A DNA stretch of 62,930 nt, filler included, from Octopus bimaculoides (taxonomy: Eukaryota), in assembly GCF_001194135.2 (NCBI RefSeq). It is 5 parts of 5 records of this genome, joined end to end, with 100 filler letters (N's around TTAATTAATTAA, not from the genome) between each part and the next. Parts side by side here need not be neighbours in the genome. Positions count along the whole stretch, not along the records: positions 50,294 to 60,098 come from NC_068992.1; positions 60,199 to 62,930 come from NC_068982.1; 3 more parts are not named here. One strand, given 5' to 3'. The notes under the pieces are model-generated. The model was given only the letters and a program-made list of their open reading frames with translations. It was not told where the DNA came from and did not search any database. Within the stretch, counting starts at the first letter, position 1. Each line of letters begins with the position of its first letter. Positions 50,445 through 62,930 of the stretch are shown here, in pieces. The position numbers and the translations under genes were made by a program.

Positions 50445-50905
50445 GGTAATAGTAGAGGAATGGATTATTACATCTAATAGAGGAGAGTTGTAGTAGGAAG
50501 TGAGAGTGATGCGCTGAAAAAAGAACAAAGAAGAAACAGTACTTGGAGTGTAGCTTCATTCTGGTAGTAAACATCCATGTAAATAATCCTTGCGGGTATT
50601 TTCTGGAGATAATTGTAGTAGCAAAGGTGGATATATATCATATCGTGTCCGGAGTAGACTGTGTGTTGTTTACTCAAAGGATAGCCCAAATCAAGTGAGA
50701 GATGTGTGTAGGGTAAAGAGGTCAAGCCTTAAGACAGGAAGGAAAGGGGAGAAAGAAGTAATTCAAGTGAGGAATAGTAGTGAGCAGTTGTATGGTCAGT
50801 TATTCTGACAAGACAGAGAGAAGTATAGGGACCCAAAAGGAAGAATGATGGGTGGAGGCGTAAGTTTAGTAAGGAAGAAGGAATGTGAGGAATACCCTTC
50901 ATAAC

Positions 50906-50936
<31 letters not shown>

Positions 50937-50958
50937 GCATTTGTATATATATATGTAT

Positions 50959-50989
<31 letters not shown>

Positions 50990-52149
50990 ATTTTGTTTAA
51001 AAGAGTTCCAACACTGTCTGTTTTTTATGTTTTATTTATATTCCTGCAGAACCAATGTGGGGTATAGAATATGGAATATACAATATATAATATAAAATAA
51101 AATAAAATAAAAATGGATGGCACCATGAAAGAAAGTATTGAATGTAGATGAAATATTGAGTGTTCAATATAAAGGATCAAATATATAAATATANNNNNNN
51201 NNNNNNNNNNNNNNNNNNNNNNNNNNNNNNNNNNNNNNNNNNNNNNNNNNNNNNNNNNNNNNNNNNNNNNNNNNNNNNNNNNNNNNNNNNNNNNNNNNNN
51301 NNNNNNNNNNNNNNNNNNNNNNNNNNNNNNNNNNNNNNNNNNNNNNNNNNNNNNNNNNNNNNNNNNNNNNNNNNNNNNNNNNNNNNNNNNNNNNNNNNNN
51401 NNNNNNNNNNNNNNNNNNNNNNNNNNNNNNNNNNNNNNNNNNNNNNNNNNNNNNNNNNNNNNNNNNNNNNNNNNNNNNNNNNNNNNNNNNNNNNNNNNNN
51501 NNNNNNNNNNNNNNNNNNNNNNNNNNNNNNNNNNNNNNNNNNNNNNNNNNNNNNNNNNNNNNNNNNNNNNNNNNNNNNNNNNNNNNNNNNNNNNNNNNNN
51601 NNNNNNNNNNNNNNNNNNNNNNNNNNNNNNNNNNNNNNNNNNNNNNNNNNNNNNNNNNNNNNNNNNNNNNNNNNNNNNNNNNNNNNNNNNNNNNNNNNNN
51701 NNNNNNNNNNNNNNNNNNNNNNNNNNNNNNNNNNNNNNNNNNNNNNNNNNNNNNNNNNNNNNNNNNNNNNNNNNNNNNNNNNNNNNNNNNNNNNNNNNNN
51801 NNNNNNNNNNNNTATATATATATATATATATATATATTCTTATACATATGCTTATTGTTTGTAAGCGTGGTGCCTATTCTATCGATATCTTATTCCGATC
51901 CGCTAACTGTGGGGAGAGAGAAACAATATTGTATTTAAACAAAAACCTATGCAAACCAACGTTTTTCCCAGTTTATGCATTTACATGAGAGCTCTGGGGA
52001 AAATGTTATAGTGCATGACCATCCTTGAGACATAAGTAATATTTGTGTAAATTTTGGTGAATATCAGTTGAGAATTGTGGAAATGTATGCGTTAGTCAAT
52101 ATACACACACATACTGTAATTTATATATACTAGATATAATCATCACAAT

Positions 52150-53760
52150 TTCATGTTGGTTTTGCATAGATTGGATGGGTCCACTTGTATTTTTTTATCA
52201 TTTCCTTCATATGATTCAGCCTTCTGAGATCAGCTGTTACTATGCCTCTCATGTCTTCTTAGGCTTTCCTTTTTTTCAGATTTCTTCCTTTGGGATCACC
52301 TGACAATTTTCTACACCTTTACATCTGATTTCTCTTATACACAATTTTTTTCTCTCAACTCATTTCTGCTCTATTGTTCATCACCTTAAATTTATACATC
52401 CATTGAAGCTCACTCACTTTGTTTCTTTCCAGCCTTTATACATTTTCTGCATTCATATACATGTTTCACTAACATACAGATTCACACATTATGAACATGT
52501 CATGCAATACTTATGAAGCAAATCCTTTTGTTGCCAGCTAAACTTTTTTTTCTTTCCTTTCTTACTTTGGCCTCTATGCTTTTGAAACTACTACTAATTA
52601 GAGGTCACCTAAGTTAGAGAAGTTATCTATTATTTTCATGGAAGCATCCAAGCATTTGAAAGAATTTATTTCATCAGTGCTCTTACTGCTAACTGCTCTT
52701 GTGCATCTGCTACATATCAAATTCTTTTCTCTGCCAATTTGCCTGTTGCATACCCTTAGTCTACAAATGGGTTCTAATGGAATTTCTAACTGTTCTTTTT
52801 CTAAAAATTGAATATGGCCTCTTTCCAGATGGCAAAAGAGTCCTGTCTATTTTCCTGCTAAAAAATTTTATCTTCAGTAGATTTACTTTGAGCCCTCTCA
52901 ATTCTTGGTTTTGCTTCAATGGTTGAAAATCTTCTGTAAATCTTCAATAGAGAACTAAGTCATTGTCAGATAGGAATTCCCAGAGACAATAGATTTGTAA
53001 CTTCTCTGTTTATTACCTGGAAAATTATAATAGGATGGATTTGAAAACTGAGTTTTGATGCTCACCTACCTGCATGCTAAACTGGTTAATTATCGTGCAC
53101 AACTTTCACAAGCCATTCATCTACACCTAGTTTTCTGAGAGACAAACAAATGGCTTCTCTAGGATAGTGAATGCTGATGTTGTGGCTAGATTTTACTAAC
53201 AACCTCTATTGTTATTCAATGGGAAGAGAACAAAGCAGTATCTAAAGCTGTTGCAAATCCAAACCTCATCTCATATAAGCTAATTTTCTTTACCCCTGTT
53301 ACAATGTGTTTCTTGAGCATCTTTTTGTCTTTGTAGAGTAATCCTTTTGACACTACAATGCTGGAAATTGCCCCTTCCTGTGCTACACAATTACTTTAAT
53401 ATCTTTTAATACACTTGATACTTTCAACATCTCAGTGTCTATTCCTGACAGTCTGGTTGCTATTTTTTTTGCCTTCATATTCTTAATGACTGTTTTGATT
53501 GCATATTTTTTATTTTAGTTGCTAGTCTCTCTGTTGGGTTTACTCGGGTAGTTCCTCTCTCACCACTTGTATTATATACACACCTTTCATCAGCAACATC
53601 GTAATTCAAACTGAAAAACTGCTTTATACCGAGGAACACCTTTTTCCTCTGATCCTTAGATTGCAGAATATTTGTAAGCATCTTACTTTCCATTCCTTGT
53701 GAAACTAAATACACCTGACTTCTATCTTCTATTCTTAGTACATGATATTGTTTCTCTCTC
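52150..53760 (-). mobile_element. Highly degraded RTE-like LINE
   Basis: Only faint RT-like remnants, e.g. VAQEGAIS resembling GVRQG..LS. The ORF at 53475-53891 is probably part of it. Confidence 0.45.
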
Positions 53761-53944
53761 CCCATTTTTTCTGCTTTTAGGGGTTGTCTCTTAAGTTTTG
53801 TGGTTCTATTTATTTGCACATACAAACATACCCAAACATGCATACATACATCTATCAATCCATACATATACACACATGTACAAGCACACATACAGACATG
53901 TATGTATATCTATGCATATGCATTATGTGTGTATGTGTATGTAC

Positions 53945-54480
53945 ATAGGGAGGTTCTTGAGGATACATTTGGTAATTTAATAAAAACAACTCTAATCTAC
54001 TGAGTTCTACTGAGTGTTTTTTAATAGAAATTTGTGCACATATTCTTGATAAGCTTTCTTATAACATTATTCAATGAATCCGCCTTCAGTTATAGTGACT
54101 ACTTCAATGCAGAACCAGAATCATTGACATACCTGCACTAAATGGTTCTTATTCATTTTGGAGAGTATCTAGATAATGGCGCCTTTCAGTGAAGCTATGG
54201 TATCATACGGATGTTGTTTAGTCTCCCTTTGAACAATGTTCCAAACATAGTAATCCATGGTATTTTAAAATCTTGAGAGTTTGGAGGCCATAAGTTTATT
54301 GTCTAACATTATTTCTAAGACCCTGTGGAAAGATTTGAGGTGGCATGAGAAGACTATCATTACTCACCACACCTAAAATCATCACAGTTGCTGTAAATTT
54401 AGTGTAAATCAATCTGGGGACATAAGGATCTGCATACAACCCTCTGTTAGTTGTGTTGAATTTTCTTCTCATCAGAGAAC
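53945..54480 (-). mobile_element. maT/Tc1-type transposase C-terminal remnant with internal deletion
   Basis: SDEKKFN...TVMILGVVSN..MPPQIFPQGLR; LWPPNS..DYYVWNIV..GGFIE* (stop 54067-54069). Confidence 0.85.
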
Positions 54481-54985
54481 CAAAACGTGCGCGCACGCAC
54501 ACACACACACACACACAAATAGATCGATATCACTACACCCCAAAAACTTGTAAGTTGATTTGGATGCAAGCTGAAAGAAGCCCTTCATATATGTATGTAT
54601 GCATGTGTGTATATTTATGTCTCCTTGTCTTGACATTATGTGATAACTGTAAATGAGTGTCACTGGCATACAAGCAGTAACACTCATTTCCAATATTCTG
54701 CATTAACATATCTGAGCATGTGGAAATATTACCTTGTTTGGAAACATGAGGGTCGATGACAAGGAAGGGCATCCAGCTATAGAATTCTGCCTCAACAAAA
54801 TTTTGTCCTATCCATTCAAAATGATTGTGTGTGTGCGTGTGTATGTGTAGCTATGCAGGTAGGTAGATAACAGGTATGTTTTGCCCATTTTTGGTGCAGG
54901 CCATGTCAAGCTTAATTGTACTCTGTGTGTGTGTGTTTGTATTTACATATGTATGTGTGTGTGTGTGTGTGTTTGTATTTACATA

Positions 54986-55037
<52 letters not shown>

Positions 55038-55043
55038 CACACA

Positions 55044-55813
55044 CTAGCAGAGATACCCAGCGTTGCCCGTGTTACATGCAATTGAAGAATGAGACTTTTC
55101 TGTTATATTTTCTGTAAGGAGCTGGAATACATATGATTCGAATTTCATCAAAATTGCACATGAGGGTTCTTTCCCTCTTTACACACCCTAAAAAATTCTA
55201 ATCATGAGACATGTATCCCATACTATTGATCTTTATGCACATATTCCAAAATTTCAGTCATGGAGCTCTAAAATGTGGTAATGAAGGCCCCTATTGGAGC
55301 TGGATGTGTTAATGTCAACCAGAGAAGTTGAATTGTTGGGAATGTTTTTAACTTGGGTCTTATAGTATGCCTGTATATATGTGAGAGTATANNNNNNNNN
55401 NTGGGTCTTATAGTATGCCTGTATATATGTGAGAGTATAGTTTCACTTTAATAGTTTCAGTATGAAATTGAAAGTATTAAAGTGAAAGTATTCGAATTTA
55501 CAGTAGTGACATGTTATTGTTTCACTTTCGACATGTAATACTGAAATAGTGGAATAGTTTCAGTGTTAAAGTGAAAATATCTGACATGAGTGTTTTTGTT
55601 TCACTTTTGACACGTAATAATTAAATAGTGGGGGAGATATGATGTTGTTGTGGGCTCGAGCTATGCAAGAAGTTAAACATCTTTTTTGACTAAAACAACC
55701 GGGACCCTAAGTAAGGCATGTGTAAAATTTGAATGAAATTAGTTGTATAATTCTCTAGTTTTAGGGATTCATACACACAGACACACACACATTCTAATTT
55801 TTATATTGAGAGA
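55044..55813 (-). mobile_element. Non-autonomous Helitron-type element
   Basis: 5' A|TC at 55813. 3' hairpin cgggcaacgctggg then CTAG|T at 55047-55044. Confidence 0.75.
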
Positions 55814-55925
55814 TGAAATAATAAGGGTGATAAATTGAATATTAATTTAATTGACATCAATTTGAAACCAGTGGCCTAGCATAAAGAAAAGTCTGAAAAT
55901 TCAGAAAAATTTTATTACATACATA

Positions 55926-56526
55926 TAAGAAGGGATGACCACTAAGTGGACATCCGTTATGCTAGAAATAGTTCACCTATGATCAAACCACAAAGAAAAG
56001 GATGTTCTCTTGAGAAATTCAGCACACACCAGAACGTAAATGGGCAAGACAAATGAAAATATACAAAATAAAGAGTTAGTCGCAGACCAGTTTCACCATT
56101 AATGCAAATTTATTTATGTAACACGTCCGTGGCTCTTCAGTACGACCGTTCTAATTCAATATAATTTGCAGAAGTATTGACATGTGTACAGTTAATTTAG
56201 ACATGTGTACAGTTAAATTAGACATGTGTACACTTAACTGTACACAAGTCTAATTTTATGTGGACAACTCGTGTATAGTTCTGCAAATTATATTGAATTA
56301 GAACAGTCATACTGAAGATCCACGGACTTGTTACGTAAGTAAATTTGTATTAATGGCGAAACCGGTCTGTGCCTAATTCTTTATTTTGTATATTTTCATT
56401 TGTCTTGCCCGTTTACGTTCTGGTGTGTGCTGAATTTCTCTAGAGAACATTCTTTTCTTTGTGGTTTGATCGTAGGTGATCTATTTCTAGCTAAACGGAT
56501 GTCCACTTAGCGGTCATCCCTTCTTA
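55926..56526. mobile_element. 601-bp foldback/MITE with about 248-bp inverted arms and TA flanks
   Basis: taagaagggatgacc...ttgcagaa (55926-56173) is inverted at 56279-56526. The centre holds three copies of gacatgtgtaca(g/c)ttaa plus an inverted copy. Confidence 0.92.
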
Positions 56527-56569
56527 TACATACATACATACATACATACACANNNNNNNNNNNNNNNNN

Positions 56570-56603
<34 letters not shown>

Positions 56604-56604
56604 A

Positions 56605-57135
56605 CTGTGGTAGAGGTAGACCCAGGAAGACATGGGACGAGATGGTGAAACATGATCTTTGAACTTTGGGGCTCCCTGAGGCAATGACTAGTGACCAAGA
56701 CCTTTGGCGATCTGCTATGCTTGAGAAGACTCGTCAAGCCAAGTGAAATTGTAGTCATGGCTGATGCTGGTGTCACATAACTGGCATGTAAAAAGCACCT
56801 TTTGAGCATTGGGCCCCACGGAGGCAAAATGGCTGAGTTCTTTTTGAGTGCTGGCCCTCATGGAGGCAATGACTGAGACCTTTGGCATTATGTTGTGCTT
56901 GAGAAGAAGACCCACCAAGCCGAGCAAAATCGCAGTCATGGCAGATACCGGTGTCATGCAAATGGCACCTATGTCAGTGGTACGCAAAAGCACTCATTAC
57001 ACTCTCAGAGTGGTTGATGTTAGGAAACCAAGCCAAATCATACTGGAGTCTGGTGCAACCTTCCAGCTTGCCAGCCCTGGTCAAACCATCCAACCCATGC
57101 CAGCATGGACAACGGATGTTAAATGATGATGATGA
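56605..57135 (+). mobile_element. RTE LINE 3' end with duplicated UTR segment and (GAT)n tail
   Basis: GRGRPRKTWDEMVKHDL*TLGLPEAMTSDQDLWRSAMLEKTRQAK*. Confidence 0.9.
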
Positions 57136-57996
57136 TGTTTCCAACTGCTTTTCTATGCTTACATAAATTGAACAGGTGTTTGCCATGCAGCTTCTTACCA
57201 TTTTTTACCTTTCTTTGTTATCTCTTTGTGAGGTCCAACATCGTGGGGTTAACTGTCGCTTCGACTCATATCTTTTACATTTTCTTTCTGCTTGCATTTT
57301 CTAGCACATCATTTAATTGTTTCTTAGTTACCCAAATGTTTTGTATGTTAGCATTATAATAAACATGCTTTTAAATCAGAGTATGTTTCCTTTCTGAACT
57401 AAAAAAGAAAATTTGAACTATATTTTGTGACAACTTTGTTACTTCACATAAATCATGATTTTTCCCTACATACACCATTTTCTAGAATTGCACCATGATT
57501 CCCCACATTTACCCAATAAAGATACAAGATCTATTTATCATTTGTCCTTCAAAAATCCCAAAGGCTTTCATGTTTCTTCTTTAAAACATTTTTTTGCAAA
57601 GGTGAACTCATTTTTTACTGCGATAACTTCCAAGGTAAATTACTTTCACTTTCATAGGGCCCTGGAAATAAAGAAGCTCCAGACTGAAGAAAATCACAAA
57701 GATATTTTTCTGCCTCACTTATCAAAAGGGATAAAAACACTTCTAAATTTTTGTTTGCACATTGATTTTCCTACTCTTCCAATCATTCCACTAACGTTTA
57801 AGCTTTTTCTTTTCTCCAAAGAGACTTAATTCATTTCATGTTATATACAGTCAACACATTTTTTTCCATTGTGGATATACTTATTCCTGCCTTCCAAGTC
57901 GACTTCTCATCCCATACACAATCTACTCATCAGTCACAATCTGACTTCCTGACAAAATGTCCTTTTGTATGAGTTGCTCTGATGTTCAATCTACAG

Positions 57997-59045
57997 CAGG
58001 GGTGGGGAACCCCTGTCCGTGAGCCCATTCTATTGTGTTCGCAGGCTAATATACTCACATTTATATATACTCATATGCCTATTTGTGACATAGGTTGGGT
58101 TTCCATTATGACTTAAAATGGTCAGACTCAAACAGAAATTGTCTGGTGATTGCCATTTGAATGGAAATTTTGTTTTCACTATAAAACACATATTGCTAGA
58201 TTTGTACCACCCCCTTGAGACCCAACTACACTTTAGCTGAGAAAGCTAAAAATATATTGCATGTATGGAAATAATTGTTATATGAAACAAAAGCTGAAGG
58301 ATTGTTGAAAATTCTGTGTAAAAATTATTCATATCCAAGAACCCCAAGTATTAAAATTTCCCTCCCTATTTCATTTTTCACAAAAAAAAAAAAAAAAACA
58401 CTGATATCAGCATTCACCCTCTTTCTGTCAATCGATAAGCAAAAAATATTCTAAAATCTATTAAAAATCAAAAACAACTTAGTAAAGCTTCATCAAAACA
58501 GAAACTACTAATTAGGTGCTTTGTGAACAGGATTATAAGAGAATATTACTAACTAAAGCAGTGAAAGATAACTTTTTCTGAAAGGGGTGTTGCATTTTTG
58601 CTATCAGTCAGTGTAAAAAAGGTCAACAGAAGTTACTTTCATCTGCCATTGGCTTATCAGTTATCACCCTTCCCTACCCACTCACTTGTCAACACCTGTG
58701 TGAACAAGGGAGAGAAAAATCAAGTTAAACCTTGCAGAACCTAACAATATCCTAATTTTTTGCAAATTTTAATTTTTTACTGTTTCTACAACACTGAATG
58801 GATGCATTAGACTGGGAGCCAGTTGGCTTTTATTTTTCCCAGGCAGTGGTAATAGCAAAAATTCTGAAAGTGATAATATAGGCGCAGGAGTGGCTGTGTG
58901 GTAAGTAGCTTGCTTACCAACCACATGGTTCCGGGTTCAGTCCCACTGCGTGGCACCCTGAGTAAGTGTCTTCTACTATAGCCTCGGGCCGACCAAAGCC
59001 TTGTGAGTGGATTTGGTAGATGGAAACTGAAAGAAGCCTGTTGTA

Positions 59046-59092
<47 letters not shown>

Positions 59093-60098
59093 TTGAGTGT
59101 CTGTGTTTGTCCCCCCAACATCGCTTGACAACCGATGGTGGTGTGTTTAGGTCCCCGTAACTTAGCAGTTCGGCAAAAGAGACCGATAGAATAAGTACTA
59201 GGCATCCAAAGAATAAGTCCTGGGTCGATTTGCTCAACTAAAGGCGGTGCTCCAGCATGGCCGCAGTCAAATGACTGAAACAAGTAAAAGAGTAAAAGTG
59301 TAAATATAAATTTAATCGGTTTATAACTTTCTTATTTACTTATTTACTTGTTTCAGTCAATAAACGTGGCTTTCAATACCCTTATCAACATGGCAAGCAG
59401 GTTATAAAAATTGTAAAAAGAGGAGTGCTGGTGAATATAAAGAAGTTTGATGAAAATTGGACTGAGCTTTATTTTTTTATTAAAATAGATAACAAGTGCA
59501 GTTGTCTTATTTTCAATGAACAAGTAGCCGTTCATAAAAAATATAATATTGAGAGGCATTTTTGTGAGTAAGTGTAAGACCTATGAAAATTTGAAAGAAT
59601 CTGAACATTTAGACAAGATAGCCTCATTGAAAGAAAATCTGCCAAGCCTATTTTAAAAGGCCGATTCTTGAAAGTGACTCAGTAACTCAAGCTAGTTATG
59701 CGGCATGCAAAAATATTGCTAAAATACTCAAAGCACATAGTGGTGGTGAATTCATGAAAGAATGTATCCTTATTGCTGTTTGATAATATATATATATATA
59801 TATATACAGAAAAACTTAGCTTGTTTGGAAATATTAGCTTATCAAGAAGAACTGTTCTGATCATACTAAAGCTATTGCTGATGACATTCAAAACTCTCTA
59901 AAATCTGATTCAGCAGAATTCATATTGTATTCATTAGCTATTGATGCTGCTCAGATGGCAATATTTATACATGGAATAACTGCAAAATTCAACATTCGGA
60001 AAGAATTTCTTGCTTTGAAATCAATGCATGTAGCAACTAGAGGTGAAGATTTATTTCAAATGGTCAACTCAGCCTTAAAGGATTTTGATTTACTGTAT
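57997..60098 (+). mobile_element. hAT (Charlie/Buster/SPIN-like) transposon 5' part, interrupted
   Basis: TIR caggggtggggaacc preceded by atctacag (fits NTCTANAN). Transposase from about 59390: KFDENWTELYFF..CLI..VAVHKKYNIERHF, GEFMKECIL, NISLSRRTV, YSLAIDAAQMAIFI..EFLALKSM..TRGEDLF. The TIR-to-ORF link is inferred. Confidence 0.8.
58880..59298 (+). mobile_element. Young full-length SINE family B copy
   Basis: aggcgcaggagtggctgtgtggt...gtaaaagagtaaaag, with CpGs largely intact. Confidence 0.95.
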
Positions 60099-60198
60099 NN
60101 NNNNNNNNNNNNNNNNNNNNNNNNNNNNNNNNNNNNNNNNNNTTAATTAATTAANNNNNNNNNNNNNNNNNNNNNNNNNNNNNNNNNNNNNNNNNNNN

Positions 60199-60273
<75 letters not shown>

Positions 60274-62477
60274 CATCATCATCATCAAAGCAGCGAGCTG
60301 GCAGAATCGTTAGAGCGTTGAAAAAAACGCTTATTGGTATTTGTTCCGGCCCTTTATATCATTAGCTCAAATCCCGCCGAGATCAATTTTGTCTTTCATC
60401 TTCTCGAGGCAATAAAATAAAATAATAGTCTAAGTACTGGGGACAATGCTCAATCACAAGGACAACATTTGGGAAGTGTCTATATACAACTGAATGTGCG
60501 GCAGTATATTACTGGTATTTAGTTTTAGTTTATTTCTATGGTATAAAAGATTAACTTGACCGCGTCGGCAATATTCCATGTCAGAACCCAGAGGAACGAG
60601 ACTAAAAACGGTAATGTATTGAATTAAATTGTTCTATTCTTTCAATCACATTCACCTTACATTAGCCTTTGTTACTAATGTGTTGTTTTCTTTTTTTTAC
60701 TTAGCTATTTATTTATATATTTGCAATATAAATATCTATGTAGGTAAAATGTCGCTTTGTCGGCAGATGAGACACGACATTTAACCTGTCATACATACTG
60801 TATTACGTTCTGTGCAGTGCCCTATGTGGGCACTAGACATATTTAAGGATAAATAATTATCTTTCTAAAATTTCTCATGCTATAAATATTATTAGCTCTG
60901 TATATTTTTGATTAACTATATCTATGGAATATAAACCCTTTTGATATGAAACTGGATCGCGAACACAGCTCCATGAGATCGTACCGATTACACATTTACG
61001 TCTGTCGCTTACACGAGAATGACAGCAATTAGTAATGGTAGAGTTATAGAGCTAGGTTATGTCGTGCAGGATGTTTTATGTTTCCGTAAGACCACACAAA
61101 ACATTGAACTATATACCTTGTCCTCATAATGGTATCCATTTACTCTTTAGAATATAGTCTTTAGAAATAACATGAGCATTATTTTCACCATTAGTGCTAG
61201 CTTCCAGTTTCTTATACTATCAATTAGATAATCTTCACCTTCATTGGATAAGAAATAGCGCAGTTTTGACTCAAGCACTACAGGCTAACGATTAAGCATA
61301 CTTTTAAATCTAACAGGGTTACCACTGCATATAGCGTTGGATTATATTTTTCCGTGGAGCACAATATCATTGAAGTGGACTATGCTTTTGGAGGCTAAAA
61401 TGTTTCTACAAAATAGTTGTAGTTGTTGATGATATTGTTGTTTAGCTTCAGGGTATGTATGACCAAGCATACCTATAATGAAAATGTGTTCCAGTCGTGA
61501 CAATCTGCATATTTTCCAGGCACAGCGTATATAAAACTACATCGTGAAAAGTATCTTTCTCTTGTTTTGTTTTGTTTTTAACCTCAGGGTGTGATATAAG
61601 CAAGATTTGTCTGTGGCCGAACAATCACTTGAAGCTACCTCGTTGACTCGTTTCAAAAGACAGTCAGAAGACGAGGTGAATTGTACATTACCTCTGCAGG
61701 CCTCTTCACTAAATGCCTTGCTCATGCACGTAACACTGTGCTAGTGACGATGTGCGGCCAATTTCGATCCTTGTGGTCGATAATATTGCTAAGCTTGTAC
61801 TCTTGAAATAGACTTCATAAGTCGTGCATCCAAGTGGTTAAGATGTTGAGTTTGCGATCATAAAGTTGCAGTTTCGATTCCTTCATAGGACAACGCTGTT
61901 TTACGTTGCTCCAATCTATTCAGCTGATAGTGAGCGTTAACTGGCCGCTGCTGAAGCTACACCGTAACCGCAAGCCCACGCGCCTTGATCGAAAGTAAAA
62001 GTATTGTTTAGTTGACGAAATCTGTAACGTTAATTATGCGAAATTATCTTGATAACATTTACTTTCTTCTTTTTTTCTGAGTTTTATTTCATGTTTTCCC
62101 AGTGTGATTATTGAGCAAACCATAAAAAAAAACCATGCCACATGACAACGAGTAACCAATGAAATATAACCTCTCAGCACCATATAAAAGCTACCACAAC
62201 AGCCATTATTATTCCCAAAAGAAAATAAACATAATCTATAATTAAGAAAAGGAATATTTGTAGATGAATGGCTCAAAAGAAACATCAGAGTTAAACCACA
62301 ATAAAGGCAAACAAAAGGAGGAAATTCCCATGGTGGGTTAGAATAAAGAAGCTGGTCAGTTTATGGCAAACATAACACATATTCTTATATATGCTTATCA
62401 CGCGTTTCACCGATATACATACGAACACATTCTTATACATATGTATATGTGCCTTTGTGTGTCTGTGTGCGCGTGCA

Positions 62478-62520
<43 letters not shown>

Positions 62521-62781
62521 CTCTGTATGTGTATTTCTGTAAATACTTGTAAGTGCATGAAGATATGATCGTGTATGTGTGTGCGTATGTGTGTTCATTT
62601 GCCTGATTCTATATACATACATAAGTATAAATAAATAATTATACTCTACAATATATAGAATTTTTTTCCTGTGGCTTAGTGAAACAAAAAAGAAACATGA
62701 TATGTATGTGTGTGTATATATACATATATACATATACACACACGCATACATATATATACACATACAAATAAATATGTTAAT

Positions 62782-62835
<54 letters not shown>

Positions 62836-62930
62836 ACTTGGGGATGGTCATATTGCCAGTTTAGCCAATAAAAACACACGCACTGTATATTTGGTGTTAA
62901 TTTTTTTTTTTTTTTCAGCTTTATATTACA

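Noticed and set aside
55352-55438. 37-bp direct repeat
   Set aside because: The copies flank a 10-N gap, which is typical of an unmerged contig overlap.
56178-56250. Short regularly spaced repeats considered as CRISPR-like
   Set aside because: Tandem units without unique spacers, inside a eukaryotic foldback element. There is no CRISPR array in the window.

Overview
AT-rich, gap-ridden eukaryotic sequence, dense in microsatellites and made up mostly of transposon debris. The repeat repertoire looks like an Octopus genome (inference). Four synthetic N44-TTAATTAATTAA-N44 spacers split the window into five segments whose true adjacency is uncertain. The only confidently recognisable host coding sequence is the first coding exon of V-ATPase subunit F (MSSAAKGKLMAVIGDE, minus strand, 30839-30886), with an ETS+CRE motif pair upstream. 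Its other exons are not visible. The rest is tRNA-derived SINEs of several families, RTE, CR1-like and L1/Tx1 LINEs, Penelope-like elements with degenerate hammerhead motifs, restriction-like-endonuclease (RLE) non-LTR elements, a Gypsy 3' end, mariner, maT and hAT remnants, Helitron-type non-autonomous elements and MITEs. Two patterns stand out. (1) Two apparently microsatellite-targeted retrotransposon systems sit side by side: a Dong/R4-like family with its SINE passengers in (TAA)n tracts, and a distinct RLE family whose copies abut (ATAC)n tracts. (2) There is a 601-bp near-perfect foldback element. Unless a terminal motif is cited, repeat boundaries are approximate and were judged by eye.
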